Shown here piece by piece: positions 20,226 through 30,921 of a stretch of DNA of 64,000 bases (its first letter is position 1; the number at the start of each line of letters is the position of its first letter). Under the pieces are notes generated by a model, which was not told the origin of the DNA, did not search any database, and saw only the letters and a program-made list of their open reading frames with translations. Source of the DNA: Nitrosopumilus sp. (lineage in GTDB: Archaea > Thermoproteota > Nitrososphaeria > Nitrososphaerales > Nitrosopumilaceae). The DNA is taken from assembly GCA_965238275.1 (NCBI GenBank), contig OZ250186.1, positions 448,001 through 512,000 of the forward strand, written 5' to 3'. The position numbers were made by a program, and so were the translations under genes.

Positions 20226-21236
20226 ATGCTTGATGAGAAGACTCTGAAGAGGCTGGACTCAAAGGGAATGCATATGATTTATGACAGGTGGCCGGAGACT
20301 GCCAAGAGTTCGTTTGAGTTTGAGCATGAAAAGATTGGATTTGACGGGGTAAGGGATATCGTGTTTGCCGGGATGGGTGGTTCCGGGGCCATCGGGGATG
20401 TCTTTGCGTCAATCCTGTCCAAGACCGACATCCACGTGAGCGTGGTCAAGGGGTACGTCCTTCCAAAGACTGCCACCAAGGACACGCTGGTGGTGACCAC
20501 AAGCATCTCCGGGAATACGATCGAGACGGTAACCGTCCTAAAGGAGGCCATGGATAGGGGATGCAGGATAGCCGCCTTTTCGTCGGGTGGAACAATGCAG
20601 GATGTCTGCACAAAGAATAGTCTAGAGTACAGAAGGATTGGAAAGATTCACTCCCCGAGGGCGTCGTTTATGTCATTCCTGTACGGGATGCTAAACGTGC
20701 TGCATCCCATCCTGCCCATAAGCGAGAGAGACATTCGTGAGTCACTCTCTGAGGCAGAGAGGTTTGGTGAAATGAACAACTCGGGTAACATGAATAAGAA
20801 TAATCCTGCCCTGCAGATGGCAGAATGGATTGACGGAATGCCCATGATATACTACCCGTTCGGGCTGCAGGCAGCTGCCATCAGGTTCAAAAACTCCCTG
20901 CAGGAGAACGCAAAGACGCACGCTGCAGTGGAGGATGTCATCGAGAGCTGCCATAACGGGATAGTCTCATGGGAGAGGCCCAGCGGATTCCAGCCAGTTC
21001 TGTTGCAGGGTAAGGATGACTACATCAGGACAAAGGAGAGATGGAAGGTATTCAAGGAGTACTTTGAGGAGAATGGGATCGATTTTTGGGAAGTGCACTC
21101 CATACATGGCAACATACTCTCAAAGATCGTCACACTGGTATACCTCTTTGACTATTCCTCCATATTCCTTGCAGCAAAGAACGGAATCGATCCCTCGCCC
21201 GTAAGATCAATTGATTTTATCAAGGACAGAATATGA
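20226..21236 (+). CDS. Bifunctional phosphoglucose/phosphomannose isomerase (SIS) family
   Basis: GMGGSG, SISGNTIET, RFKNSLQENAK, ESCHNGI. Confidence 0.85.
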   Translation: MLDEKTLKRLDSKGMHMIYDRWPETAKSSFEFEHEKIGFDGVRDIVFAGMGGSGAIGDVFASILSKTDIHVSVVKGYVLPKTATKDTLVVTTSISGNTIETVTVLKEAMDRGCRIAAFSSGGTMQDVCTKNSLEYRRIGKIHSPRASFMSFLYGMLNVLHPILPISERDIRESLSEAERFGEMNNSGNMNKNNPALQMAEWIDGMPMIYYPFGLQAAAIRFKNSLQENAKTHAAVEDVIESCHNGIVSWERPSGFQPVLLQGKDDYIRTKERWKVFKEYFEENGIDFWEVHSIHGNILSKIVTLVYLFDYSSIFLAAKNGIDPSPVRSIDFIKDRI

Positions 21237-21341
21237 AAGATCATACAAAATCCACAGTCAACAAGATTCGATATATTGCTATCACAAACATGCCAAATTA
21301 ACTGTACTCATCCTCTGCGCTCCAACGGTTTGAAGGATTAA

Positions 21342-22271
21342 ATGGGTTCTACAGAGAGGAGATTCATGAATTTTGCCGTAACCGGCGGTGCCGGATTCAT
21401 TGGGAGCCACATTGTCAAACGTCTAGCCTCAGACGGACACGGTATTACGGTAATAGACAATCTGTCCCGGGGCAGCATATCCAATCTGGAGGATGTCGAT
21501 GACAGGATAGACTTTGTCGATATGGATATTTGTGAGTACGGCAGGCTAAAAGAAACGCTTCGTAATATTGATGGAATATTCCACGATGCCGCCTTGGCAT
21601 ACATTCCTAGCTCATATGGGAATGAGGACAAATACAGGCAGGTAAACGTTGCAGGTACCGAGAACGTCTTTAGGATAGGCTTGGAGCACGGCATCAGAAT
21701 AGTTTACGCCAGCAGTTCTACCGTGTATGGAGACGGGCATGGCATTCCAATCCAGGAAGACTCCGCACGAAGACCACTCAATCCGTACGGCATGACCAAG
21801 CTTGAGGCAGAACTTGCAGCCGAGAGATACGTCAAGATGGGGGCACAGATAATCAGTCTGCGGTACTTTAACGTGGTGGGACTAGGACGCAGGCAGGCAT
21901 ATTCGGCAGTCGTGCCTAGGTTTCTGGATCGGCTTAAGGAGGGAAAACCGCCGATAATCTATGGCGACGGCTCACAAATCAAGGATTTTGTGTTTGTGCA
22001 CGATGTGGTACAGGCCAATCTTGCGGCAATGGAAAGCAGCATCAGGAACGGTTTCTTCAACATAGGTAGCGGCAGGTCAATATCAATCACAGATCTTGCA
22101 CGCTTGATGATCAAAATCTCCGGCAAATATCTAGAGCCAAAATATGAAGACCCTAGGCCGGGAGACGCCAAGATGTGTGTGGCAGATATCTCCAAAGCCG
22201 ACAAGCTGCTGAACTGGAGACCAAGCACGGTCATGGAAGAGGGACTGCTAAACCTTCTTGCACGTCCATAA
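21342..22271 (+). CDS. NAD-dependent nucleotide-sugar epimerase/dehydratase (GalE-like)
   Basis: TGGAGFIG, YGMTK (YxxxK), LRYFNV, GDGSQIKDFVFV. Confidence 0.9.
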   Translation: MGSTERRFMNFAVTGGAGFIGSHIVKRLASDGHGITVIDNLSRGSISNLEDVDDRIDFVDMDICEYGRLKETLRNIDGIFHDAALAYIPSSYGNEDKYRQVNVAGTENVFRIGLEHGIRIVYASSSTVYGDGHGIPIQEDSARRPLNPYGMTKLEAELAAERYVKMGAQIISLRYFNVVGLGRRQAYSAVVPRFLDRLKEGKPPIIYGDGSQIKDFVFVHDVVQANLAAMESSIRNGFFNIGSGRSISITDLARLMIKISGKYLEPKYEDPRPGDAKMCVADISKADKLLNWRPSTVMEEGLLNLLARP

Positions 22272-22549
22272 GCCCCGTTCGCGTGTGATGGTGTACAGTC
22301 TGGAAACTCAGAGATGGTGTATAATAGCATCCGGAGCAAACCTGCGTCCATTCTAATTTGCTACAGTAATCAGGTCTATGCCAATGAGATGCATAGTGTG
22401 TGCCAGAACAATCCGCTCACCCTTGGCTAAATTAATCCCACAGTCACGCGTCTCGTCAAACTTGGCATGGTTGAAATCACGGCTTGTACAGAAATCAGGT
22501 AACAGGCAAAACAAGAATTCGTATTATTCCACATGCACGAGCAAATTTT

Positions 22550-23466
22550 TCACGCCGGTGGCCAATCTACCAGATAGCCTGCAAGTCGGTTGCCCATCTC
22601 TTTTTCAAGGATTGTCGTTATTGCCGCTTTCAACTCATCTTGGGATGCAAAGTACCTTCCCGCCAACTGTCCCTTGAGATCCTTCCAGACGTTTTCGATC
22701 TGATTCAGCTGCGGCGTGCGAGGCAGAAGAAATTCCAGCTCGACGTTTCTGTCGGTACCGGCCACGTACTCTCTGACCTTGTGGGAATGGTGGTACGACG
22801 CGTTGTCCAGAACTATAGAATTTTGGGTAACTCTTGCAGGCATCCTCGAGGAATTCCTTGAAGGTATCAGAGTTTGCATGGTCTACCATACAGATGAAGA
22901 GCATGTCTGTGCCCATAATGCTAAGCAGGCAGACTGCCTTTTTCGAGAAGCCAGTATGGATGGTGTCGCGCCCTCCCGTGGACCTCACCTGTAGCCAGAT
23001 CCCTCCTGCGACATACCGATTGCGGTCTCATCTTCGACGAACATGGCATGACCGTTCCAGGCAAGTTCCCCTGCCCTCCTGCTAGCCTTGGCCTTGAACT
23101 CTTCTTGCTCGCTTTCTGAGGCTGACTTGAACGGAACCGGCCTAGTTTTTTGGTAGGAGAACCCGATCCTTTTGAGCATTCTTCGCAGCGTGCGCGCCTT
23201 GCAATCCTTCCAAACTCCCACCGGATCATCTCCCGTATCAAGTTGAGCTGCCAAGAGCCTGACTCGAATCCGTATTTTTTTGGCTGTAATTGAACCACGC
23301 CCGAACCGTCCTGAGAAAGGATTTGGGCATCATGCTTTCCTGCCTCTCGTGTCCGGTTGAACCGAGTCTTCAGTCCCCGTCGCCCCCGCATCCGCACCAG
23401 CCATTCACGCACAATCGAATACGGCATGACCAGTTTCTTGCATGTCTTCAGGATGCTGTAGCCATC
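22550..23466 (-). pseudogene. IS630-family transposase, multiply frameshifted
   Basis: HTH YSIVREWL, FVEDET, IVLDNASYH and PRTPQLNQIENVW spread over four frames. Confidence 0.85.
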
Positions 23467-23507
23467 TCTCCTTCATTACGTATCATCATAAAGGCACTCC
23501 ATTTCAC
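23460..23507 (-). pseudogene. 5' stub of a GT2 glycosyltransferase paralog
   Basis: Encodes VKWSAFMMIRNEGEM, near-identical to the starts of the 24363 and 28317 genes. Confidence 0.7.
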
Positions 23508-23526
23508 CAAATGCTCAACATAGCGC

Positions 23527-24363
23527 CTACCACATGGGCCTAATGAACAATTCCGTTTCCGTGTTATGCCACATTTGTGAGTTTAATCCAAGTTTTATCT
23601 TGGCGCGTTCGACGTAGTAGTGTCTGAACCACTTTGGAAATTGCTTTGGCAGTCGCTGGCCATCGTATGAGATGTACCCACACAACAAGTCCGTCGACCG
23701 CATCCACATACACTTGTATAAGATCAGCAGAAACGGTATTCCATGCTTGCGCATTGTAGCACCCTTGCGCCTCCAGACTGCTTTGTCGTAATGTGTTCCG
23801 GTCGGTCGCTTGCAGTGTCGCCGTATGTCTTTGTAGATGGCAGCCGGATGTCCGCCTAATATGGATTGTATCGCCAATATGCTTGCAGGGAATTTTGGCG
23901 GCACGTCGTGCGAGTGGAACCATTTCACGTTTACGACTAATCCAGGTTCCGGTGGCATGATAAGTGGTTCGGCGGGATCTTCGCCGCACGCAACCATGAC
24001 GTTGTCTGTTCCCATTCTTTCAGTTATTCGCTCCATGTAGTCAGGCGGGATGTCCAAATCCGCGTCTATGCACACCACGTAGTCCATTCCTATGGCCGCA
24101 TCTCGCATGAGGTCATCTCGTTTTGCCATAATTTCCTTTGAGGCCAGTTGGGGAGGATGGGGTGGCAAATGCGTCACAATCACATCATCCATGTTATTTA
24201 GTATCTTGTCCGTGGAATCGGTGGAACCGTCATTGAGGACATGGATACGTGTAGGAGACACGGTCTGGTTTCGTATGCATGATACTGCATCTGCTACCAT
24301 CTCCTCCTCATTGCGTACCATCATAAAGGCACTCCATTTCAGAGTATGTTTGGTAATGTCCAT
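23527..24363 (-). CDS. GT2 (GT-A) glycosyltransferase
   Basis: RNEEEMV, NDGSTDST, DxD motif IDAD. Confidence 0.88.
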   Translation of the reverse strand: MDITKHTLKWSAFMMVRNEEEMVADAVSCIRNQTVSPTRIHVLNDGSTDSTDKILNNMDDVIVTHLPPHPPQLASKEIMAKRDDLMRDAAIGMDYVVCIDADLDIPPDYMERITERMGTDNVMVACGEDPAEPLIMPPEPGLVVNVKWFHSHDVPPKFPASILAIQSILGGHPAAIYKDIRRHCKRPTGTHYDKAVWRRKGATMRKHGIPFLLILYKCMWMRSTDLLCGYISYDGQRLPKQFPKWFRHYYVERAKIKLGLNSQMWHNTETELFIRPMW

Positions 24364-25358
24364 ATCATAATCTCCACCACACATAATATAAGATATTTTA
24401 TGAGGATAATGGGTGCTATCCGTCGTTCCGACAGTTGATGGAAATATGTCGAATTATAACGACCCGGTGCTGCTACACGAGGACATGATCTTGGTAGCGT
24501 ACAGCTTCGAGTCTGACGGATCGGCATGGTAGTCCTCTCCACGTGACCTGAGTTGTTATCCACGGCACTACAGGGGCAGGTCAGTACGACCTAGAGGACG
24601 AGGAGATTTCATGCCGATGCAGTGGGAGATGATGCAACATAGTGCCCGTTCTGATGCGTTGTTGGTTGGATTCATGTTAGAATACTTCAGGAAAACGAAT
24701 GTGTTAAGAAGGCATCAACTTAAGTGCATCAGCAACTTTTACGTAAAATACAAATACTCAAATTCATTAATTTCTACATTGGGACATTTAAAATACAATG
24801 CTAGGAATTGGCTTCGCCGGCATCCTCATTTACACGCATTCTATAGACAAAATAAATTTCGAATAATTACCTCTCAATTAAGAGGACTGCCTGATTTTGT
24901 TATTATCGGTGCACAGAAATCCGGAACCACCTCGCTGTATGACTTTGTTATCCGGCATCCAGAGATTGCTCCTGCCTTGAAAAAAGAGATGCACTATTTT
25001 TCTATAAACTATAAGTTTGGCGAACAATGGTACCGTTCTAATTTTCCAACCAATCTTTCAAGACGCTACTTTACAAAAAAAACAGGCCAGAAGCTTCTCA
25101 GCGGAGAGGCCAGCCCGAGCTATCTTTTTTACCCGACGGTTCCTAGCAGAATGAAGAAAGTTTTGCCTGACGTAAAACTAATCGTAATTTTGCGCAATCC
25201 CGTTGATCGTGCATATTCCCAATATCACCATTCGAGAAGAAAGGGTAGGGAAACATTGTCGTTTGAGAAGGCCATCGAATTGGAAGAAGAGAGGCGCGTC
25301 GAAATAATGAAACAGATGAGCACGGATCCGGATCTTGTTCATAGATACTACATAAATT

Positions 25359-27040
25359 AGATCTCATGCAGAATGTGCCTGACTTAAAAAACTGAATTAA
25401 ATTGGGTTATTCCCACGTGCAGCACCACATACGGCCGAATATCCACGGAACCGTAAAACATGCCAATCCAGGAACGGCAACCGAAACATTAAGATCGGTG
25501 GTCTTTACGCCACACCGTGATGGCAATGCTGGCAGAACCGATCGTGCAGAGAATACGGCAGGAAAACGAGTCGCTCAGGGAATCAGGAGAACTCCACAGG
25601 CAGAGGATCAGGGCCCTCAGGGAGGCACGCAGGACAGACCGACAGAAGGGCGAGGCCCTCAAGGAACGCCTGACTGACCACTGGACCATCACGTCTAGGT
25701 TTCTTGACGACATCATAAAATATCCTGAATTCCTGCACGCCATGACGCTGCGCACCCCGGAAAGGTTTGACCACACGCTGAACCGCCTCAAGGAGCTTTT
25801 GGAGCGGAACGGGGAGACTGCGCTCTTTTGGGAAGTTGGGAGCAGATCAAAAAACTCCGGAAGCAGGCGCATCCTGCCCCTGAGGCACGCGTACCTGCTG
25901 TGGCTGTTTCGGACAAGGCTGAGCATACCGCAGGAAGCCCTTGCCGCGATGTTTGGCGTCGACCAGGCCACCGTCTCCAGGTATCTCCCGTTGATGACCA
26001 GGCTGCTAGGCGAGACAGGCACGGCGCCGCGCAAAATCAGTGAGGCTGTACAAAAGGCCAAGACACTCGAGGAGAGCAAGAAGATAATACCCGGCAGGGG
26101 GGGAGGAGAACTGATGGTGGACGGCACGCACAACCGGGTCAGAAGGTCCGCGGACAAGGAGAGACGCAAAAAGACGTACTCTGGCAAGAAGAAGGCGCAC
26201 ACGTACAATACCAACATCGTGATCAACAAGCGCCGCGTGATAGTGGCGATAAGCAAGACCGTTCCGGGCAGCGTCCACGACAAGACCCTGCTCAACGAGG
26301 ATCCGCCAAACCTTGGAATCATTACGGCAAGGATGGGCCAGAAGGACGTGCCCGAAAAAGAAAAGCCTGACGTCCTGATGGACAAGGGCTACCAAGGGAC
26401 AAGAGAGGAATATCCCGGATGGCACATCAGGCACCCGCACAAGAAAAAGCGTGGAGCCGACAAAAAGACCGGCGGCCTGACAAAGAAGCAGCGCGCCTAC
26501 AACAAGAGGGTAAACAGCTCCCGTGTGGCCATAGAGCACGTTATCGGAAGCCTGAAACAGTACAAGAGGCTGACTGACCCGTACGACGGCACCGAGGAGG
26601 AGTACAACGACGAGCTCAACGCGATTGCGGGAATGGTAAACCAGGATCTGATGTGGGACGAAATAAAACTCAGGGACGCGGACCTTCTCAAAAGGCTGGC
26701 CGAAAAAAGGGCGCGCCTCTGAGACAGGGCGGCACGAGCCGCCTGACGGAGTGAAAGGCAGGTGGCATCAGGCAGTGCAGGAATGTCGCGCACGGCATCC
26801 AATATTTGTGCAAATTCCCCCACCATTCCCCATGAAACAACCTGCCGCCCCGGGGACGGATGCCGCACATCCACAGGACGTGCCTTATTTTCCAATACTG
26901 GAAACTGGATTTTTCACATGGACGTGCAAGACAAATTTGTAAAATATACGGCAGACGAGATTTTCAAATATGGCCACGGCTAGCGCAGTTCTGACATGAT
27001 TTTATGATTTGCCACGTCAGGCACATTCTGCATAGGATCT
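25359..27040 (+). mobile_element. IS5-family (ISL2/Harbinger-like) element
   Basis: 25-bp TIR AGATC(TC/CT)ATGCAGAATGTGCCTGAC; 3-bp TSD ATT (25356-58, 27041-43). Confidence 0.92.
25517..26722 (+). CDS. IS5/ISL2-type DDE transposase
   Basis: HTH LAAMFGVDQATVSR, VDGTH, YSGKKK, GSVHD, DKGYQG, RVAIEH. Confidence 0.9.
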   Translation: MMAMLAEPIVQRIRQENESLRESGELHRQRIRALREARRTDRQKGEALKERLTDHWTITSRFLDDIIKYPEFLHAMTLRTPERFDHTLNRLKELLERNGETALFWEVGSRSKNSGSRRILPLRHAYLLWLFRTRLSIPQEALAAMFGVDQATVSRYLPLMTRLLGETGTAPRKISEAVQKAKTLEESKKIIPGRGGGELMVDGTHNRVRRSADKERRKKTYSGKKKAHTYNTNIVINKRRVIVAISKTVPGSVHDKTLLNEDPPNLGIITARMGQKDVPEKEKPDVLMDKGYQGTREEYPGWHIRHPHKKKRGADKKTGGLTKKQRAYNKRVNSSRVAIEHVIGSLKQYKRLTDPYDGTEEEYNDELNAIAGMVNQDLMWDEIKLRDADLLKRLAEKRARL

Positions 27041-27312
27041 ATTATACATATCGTGCCAGAGGCGTTTACGCTGATCAGCTAGAAAACTGGTTCAGACATT
27101 ACAGTAGGGAGCAGTTTTTGATTTTGGCCACAGAAGGCCTTCGTAAAAATCCACAGCAAACCCTAGATCAGATTTTTGATTTTTTGGGAGTATCTTCTTT
27201 TCAGATAGAGAATTTAAGGGATCTTAGCGTTGGAGATTACAAGGCGATGAACGAAGATATGCGCAAATTTCTCATTGAATACTTCAAGCCCCACAACGAG
27301 AGATTGTTCAAG

Positions 27313-28317
27313 CTACTGCAACGCGGTTTTGATTGGGATAAATGATCTGCAGATTCTATGCAGAATGTGCCTCCTATTCATCATTGCGGTTTGGTGGAAG
27401 TGGATGATCTTTAGCGTAGTCTTTTGGGAGTATGAACAGTCCAACTCATCATTGCGGTTTGGTGGAAGTGGATGATCTTTAGCGTAGTCTTTTGGGAGTA
27501 TGAACAGTCCAACTTCCGTATCCAAGAACGTTTGTTGTTTTAATCCTAATTTTCTCTTGGCACTCGCCATGTGAACGCTGTTAATGTATTGACTGTATTG
27601 TTTTGGTAATCTCTCACCCCTGTACGAGATGTAGCCCCAGAGAAATGACCAGTGACGATTGTAGAAGAAAGTCGGCAACATCCACCAGAATGACGATCCG
27701 CGCATACGCTGGCTTCTTCCCCGAAAATTCCACACATCTGGGCCATAGTCGACTCCAAACGGCCTCTTGTAGCGTAATAGTATGGTCGTGTATACTACGA
27801 ATGGATGCCCGTCTATTATCGATTCTACATTCAAGAAAGGCAACGTTGCAGGTGAAGTTGAATGTGTATTGAACCATTTTGCGTTAATTACCATTCCAGG
27901 TACTATAGGCGAGATTTTGGGCATGGCAGGATCCGTGCCACATGCCACGACGACGTCATCCAATTCCATCCTCTTGGTTATTCGCTCAATATAGTCGGGA
28001 GAAATGTCCACGTCCGCATCCATACGTAGTACGTAGTTCATGCCTTTAGCTGCTTTGTGCATGTGTTCATATCTATTTGCCGTATAACGCGGATCGGAAT
28101 GCTGAGGCGGATGCGGTGGAGCATTGGTCACAATCACATCATCCATATTGTCTAGTATCCTGCCTGTAGAATCGGTGGAACCATCATTGAGGATATGGAT
28201 GCGTGTAGGAGGCACGGTCTGGTTTCGTAAGCATAATACTGCGTCTGCTACCATCTCCTCCTCGTTGCGTACCATCAAAAAGGCACTCCATTTCAGGGCA
28301 TGCTTGCCAACGTCCAT
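27313..28317 (-). CDS. GT2 glycosyltransferase with a C-terminus altered by tandem duplication
   Basis: RNEEEMV, NDGSTDST, MDAD; close paralog of the 23527 gene. Confidence 0.85.
   Translation of the reverse strand: MDVGKHALKWSAFLMVRNEEEMVADAVLCLRNQTVPPTRIHILNDGSTDSTGRILDNMDDVIVTNAPPHPPQHSDPRYTANRYEHMHKAAKGMNYVLRMDADVDISPDYIERITKRMELDDVVVACGTDPAMPKISPIVPGMVINAKWFNTHSTSPATLPFLNVESIIDGHPFVVYTTILLRYKRPFGVDYGPDVWNFRGRSQRMRGSSFWWMLPTFFYNRHWSFLWGYISYRGERLPKQYSQYINSVHMASAKRKLGLKQQTFLDTEVGLFILPKDYAKDHPLPPNRNDELDCSYSQKTTLKIIHFHQTAMMNRRHILHRICRSFIPIKTALQ
27378..27513. repeat. Perfect 68-bp tandem duplication
   Basis: 27378-27445 identical to 27446-27513. Confidence 0.95.
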
Positions 28318-28519
28318 GTCATAATATCCATAATACATAATATAAGATAGTCTATGAGGTTTTTAATGGTAGATCTCCTCGCTGGCTCTACAGAACAGTT
28401 CCATCTTGTCATCGGTCTAGAGTGAGGTGGCCTTGAGTTGATCAGATCTGTACTCATGCTTCGAAACTTCTCTTCAAACGTGATGGGCTTCCATGAATCC
28501 ACCGGATCCCATTGGTGCA

Positions 28520-28787
28520 TGTCTTCAAAGCGGGCTTTGTCCAAGAGGATCGCCACAGGTGTATCGAATCCTCCAATCGCTTGACAGGACACTCACAGTG
28601 TTCTCTGGGGCGGTTTGGGTAAACAGACCTGTCCGACCACACACCTTGATGTGTCGTTCGGAAACGTGATGAGGTTGAGCCTCTTCATGTAGTGGTACAA
28701 TCATGGTAGACCGCACATGTCGTTTGGCGGAGTAGAAGAGAATTCTGTCCAAGCGTTCGTGCACAAGATGCTTCCAAAGGGAGAAAT
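28520..28787 (+). pseudogene. Degenerate IS481-family transposase C-terminal relic
   Basis: Reads *WYNHGRPHMSFGGVEENSVQAFVHKMLPKGE, matching the YNxxRxHxSL end of the intact IS481 at 42397; 5' boundary approximate. Confidence 0.55.
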
Positions 28788-28905
28788 AGATCCTATGCAG
28801 AATGTGTCTAACTCTGCAAATTGCAAAATCCTGTTGCCTGTACCCAGTGTGATCGTGCGTGGTGGTGCCTGAAAATTCCACCTGCTCTGCATTCTACAAA
28901 TTTAT

Positions 28906-30675
28906 GTAATTGTTTCGCTTTTTGAAGTACCCCGGATGGCCTAGCGGGCATCCATGGCGCCGGGAATAAATCTAATGATTTCGTGCTCGGGACGACAAAG
29001 CTAGACTGTCGTGATCTAAATGTGAGTGGGTGCTAGTTCCTTCGAGATAGCAAATGAAGAAACCAGCACACCAGACATGCTTGGAGGTGGAGGAATTTAA
29101 GGCAATACACGAGCCCTCCTTACACTTACCACAAATCCTTCCTGATGCCGGGGCGTGCATGAAACCAGAATGCAGGTGTTGTCGGTTCTGGACAAGGGTG
29201 CTTGGCGATACGATCGGCTTGACAGGCAAGATCTTGGAGGCTGCTGCCGCCGAAGTTGCAGGCAGGCCAGGCGCCAACTGCAAGGAGATCGAGGACCTGC
29301 AGGCACTCGTCTCATCCCTCACAGAGGACAACAAGAGGTACGCCAAGGCCAACAGGGAGCTTAACGCCAAGGCCAACAGGATCAACATCCCCACCGTGAC
29401 CAAGAAAAAGGCAGGCCCAAGGAAGGCCGGCAGGCCCAAGGGGCAAAAACCCACCATCAACTGCAGGCCAAAACGCGTCGACCGCGTCGAGGAGATCGAC
29501 TGCAAGGAATGTCCCGACTGTGGCAACGACAATCTTTCGGACGTGACTGACAGGTACGATCGCATCGTGACTGTCATGCGCGTCATACTGGAAAACGTCA
29601 GGTACGTCATCAAGCGGCGCTGGTGCCGCGGGTGCAAAAAACAGGTCTCTGGAAGGGTTCCCGGCGCGGCAAAACACGCGCGCCGTTCATCAAACTTTGA
29701 TGCGGCCATGACGTCCCTGAACATGAACGGTTTGTCGCATGCCAGGGCCGCAGAATTTGGCAGTGACGCGTGGGGGCACAAAATCTCGCGCCCGTCTGCA
29801 TACCGCGGCAAGATCAGGCAGGCAGAGCGCATGGCACCGGAGCGTGATTCTGTAAGAAAGCGCGTGTTAGAGGCGCCACACCTGAACGCAGACGAATTCC
29901 ACTGGCCGTTGGGCGGCAAACGCGGCTACGGGATAGTGGCCCTGGCAAAAGACGCCTGCCTCGTGGAGGTGACCGGCTCGCGGGGCATCAAGACGCTTTG
30001 CCACACACTCCCGGACTACAAGGGAACCATAACGCAGGACTCGTATGCAGGATGGCTCCACGTGGGATCGTGCCGCCAGATGTGCGTGTGGCACCAGGAA
30101 CGCCTGGTGCAAAAGGACGTCCTGACCAACCCCAAAGGTGACGTTCCAAAGTTTCTGGACAGGCTGTCGGCAATCCACGATAAGATTTATCGCGCATCCA
30201 GAATCGAGGACGGGCACACGAGGATCGTCGCGGCCCACTGCATAGACGCGGAGCTGCGCGGGCTGATGAACGAACCGTTTGCAGACGATGGGCACGGCAC
30301 CATCGCCAGACACAAGAAGAGGAACCCCCGGGAGGGATACTTTATGACCACCTGCCTGCACGTGGACGGCATCGAGCCGGACAACAACGCAGTGGAGAGG
30401 GTCAACCGGAGGTTCGTGGCCATAAGGAGCGACGGGGGCGGAAACCGCTCCCAGAAGGGCATGGATGCCAACTCGATCCTGTTCACGCTGCTGGCAACTG
30501 ACAGGATCAACGCGAACAGTTTCTTTGATCATCTGGTCCGCTCGTCCTCTGGAGACAGTTGAGGCATCATCTGACGGCACGTATGGTGCATCACGGGAAA
30601 AAAGATTCCACGGCAAGGGAAAGGCTGCACCTGCTCCACTGTTAGGCAGGCCACTTCAAAAAGCGAAACTGTTAC
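28906..30675 (+). mobile_element. IS66-family element, copy 1
   Basis: 23-bp TIR GTAA(TT/CA)GTTTCGCTTTTTGAAGT; 8-bp TSD AAATTTAT. Confidence 0.95.
29054..30562 (+). CDS. IS66-family transposase (true start may lie downstream)
   Basis: CPDCG/CRGC zinc ribbon, NADEF, QDSYAGW, QMCVWH, DNNAVER. Confidence 0.9.
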   Translation: MKKPAHQTCLEVEEFKAIHEPSLHLPQILPDAGACMKPECRCCRFWTRVLGDTIGLTGKILEAAAAEVAGRPGANCKEIEDLQALVSSLTEDNKRYAKANRELNAKANRINIPTVTKKKAGPRKAGRPKGQKPTINCRPKRVDRVEEIDCKECPDCGNDNLSDVTDRYDRIVTVMRVILENVRYVIKRRWCRGCKKQVSGRVPGAAKHARRSSNFDAAMTSLNMNGLSHARAAEFGSDAWGHKISRPSAYRGKIRQAERMAPERDSVRKRVLEAPHLNADEFHWPLGGKRGYGIVALAKDACLVEVTGSRGIKTLCHTLPDYKGTITQDSYAGWLHVGSCRQMCVWHQERLVQKDVLTNPKGDVPKFLDRLSAIHDKIYRASRIEDGHTRIVAAHCIDAELRGLMNEPFADDGHGTIARHKKRNPREGYFMTTCLHVDGIEPDNNAVERVNRRFVAIRSDGGGNRSQKGMDANSILFTLLATDRINANSFFDHLVRSSSGDS

Positions 30676-30921
30676 AAATTTATCTTGTTTTTTCATGTCA
30701 AAAATATACGATTTCCAGAGCTGGAAAATAAGACGTGTTCAGTGGAGGTATGGCATCTGTCCAAGGAAAATGACGGCACTTGATTTTTTCTGATCATCGG
30801 ACAGATTCAAGATGCCAATCACGAATCAAGTCCCATGTTCGACGATGGAACATCTTTTCGTATTGCATAAGATCTGCAAATGCACAATACAAATAATACC
30901 AACAATTTGTCAATTCCAACA

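Larger units (their letters stand above)
24779..27345 (+). pseudogene. PAPS-dependent sulfotransferase (Sulfotransfer_1, heparan-sulfate ST-like) interrupted by an IS
   Basis: 5'PSB loop IIGAQKSGTTSLY and 3'PB RNPVDRAYSQY; the C-terminus (RGVYADQLENW...PHNERL..FDW) resumes in frame after 27043. Confidence 0.9.
28788..30875 (-). mobile_element. Non-autonomous derivative (~310 bp) of the IS5-type element, split by IS66
   Basis: 28788 begins AGATCCTATGCAGAATGTG; ~200 bp on both sides of the IS66 align to the right end of 25359-27040; partial TIR TGCATAAGATCT ends at 30875. Confidence 0.7.
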
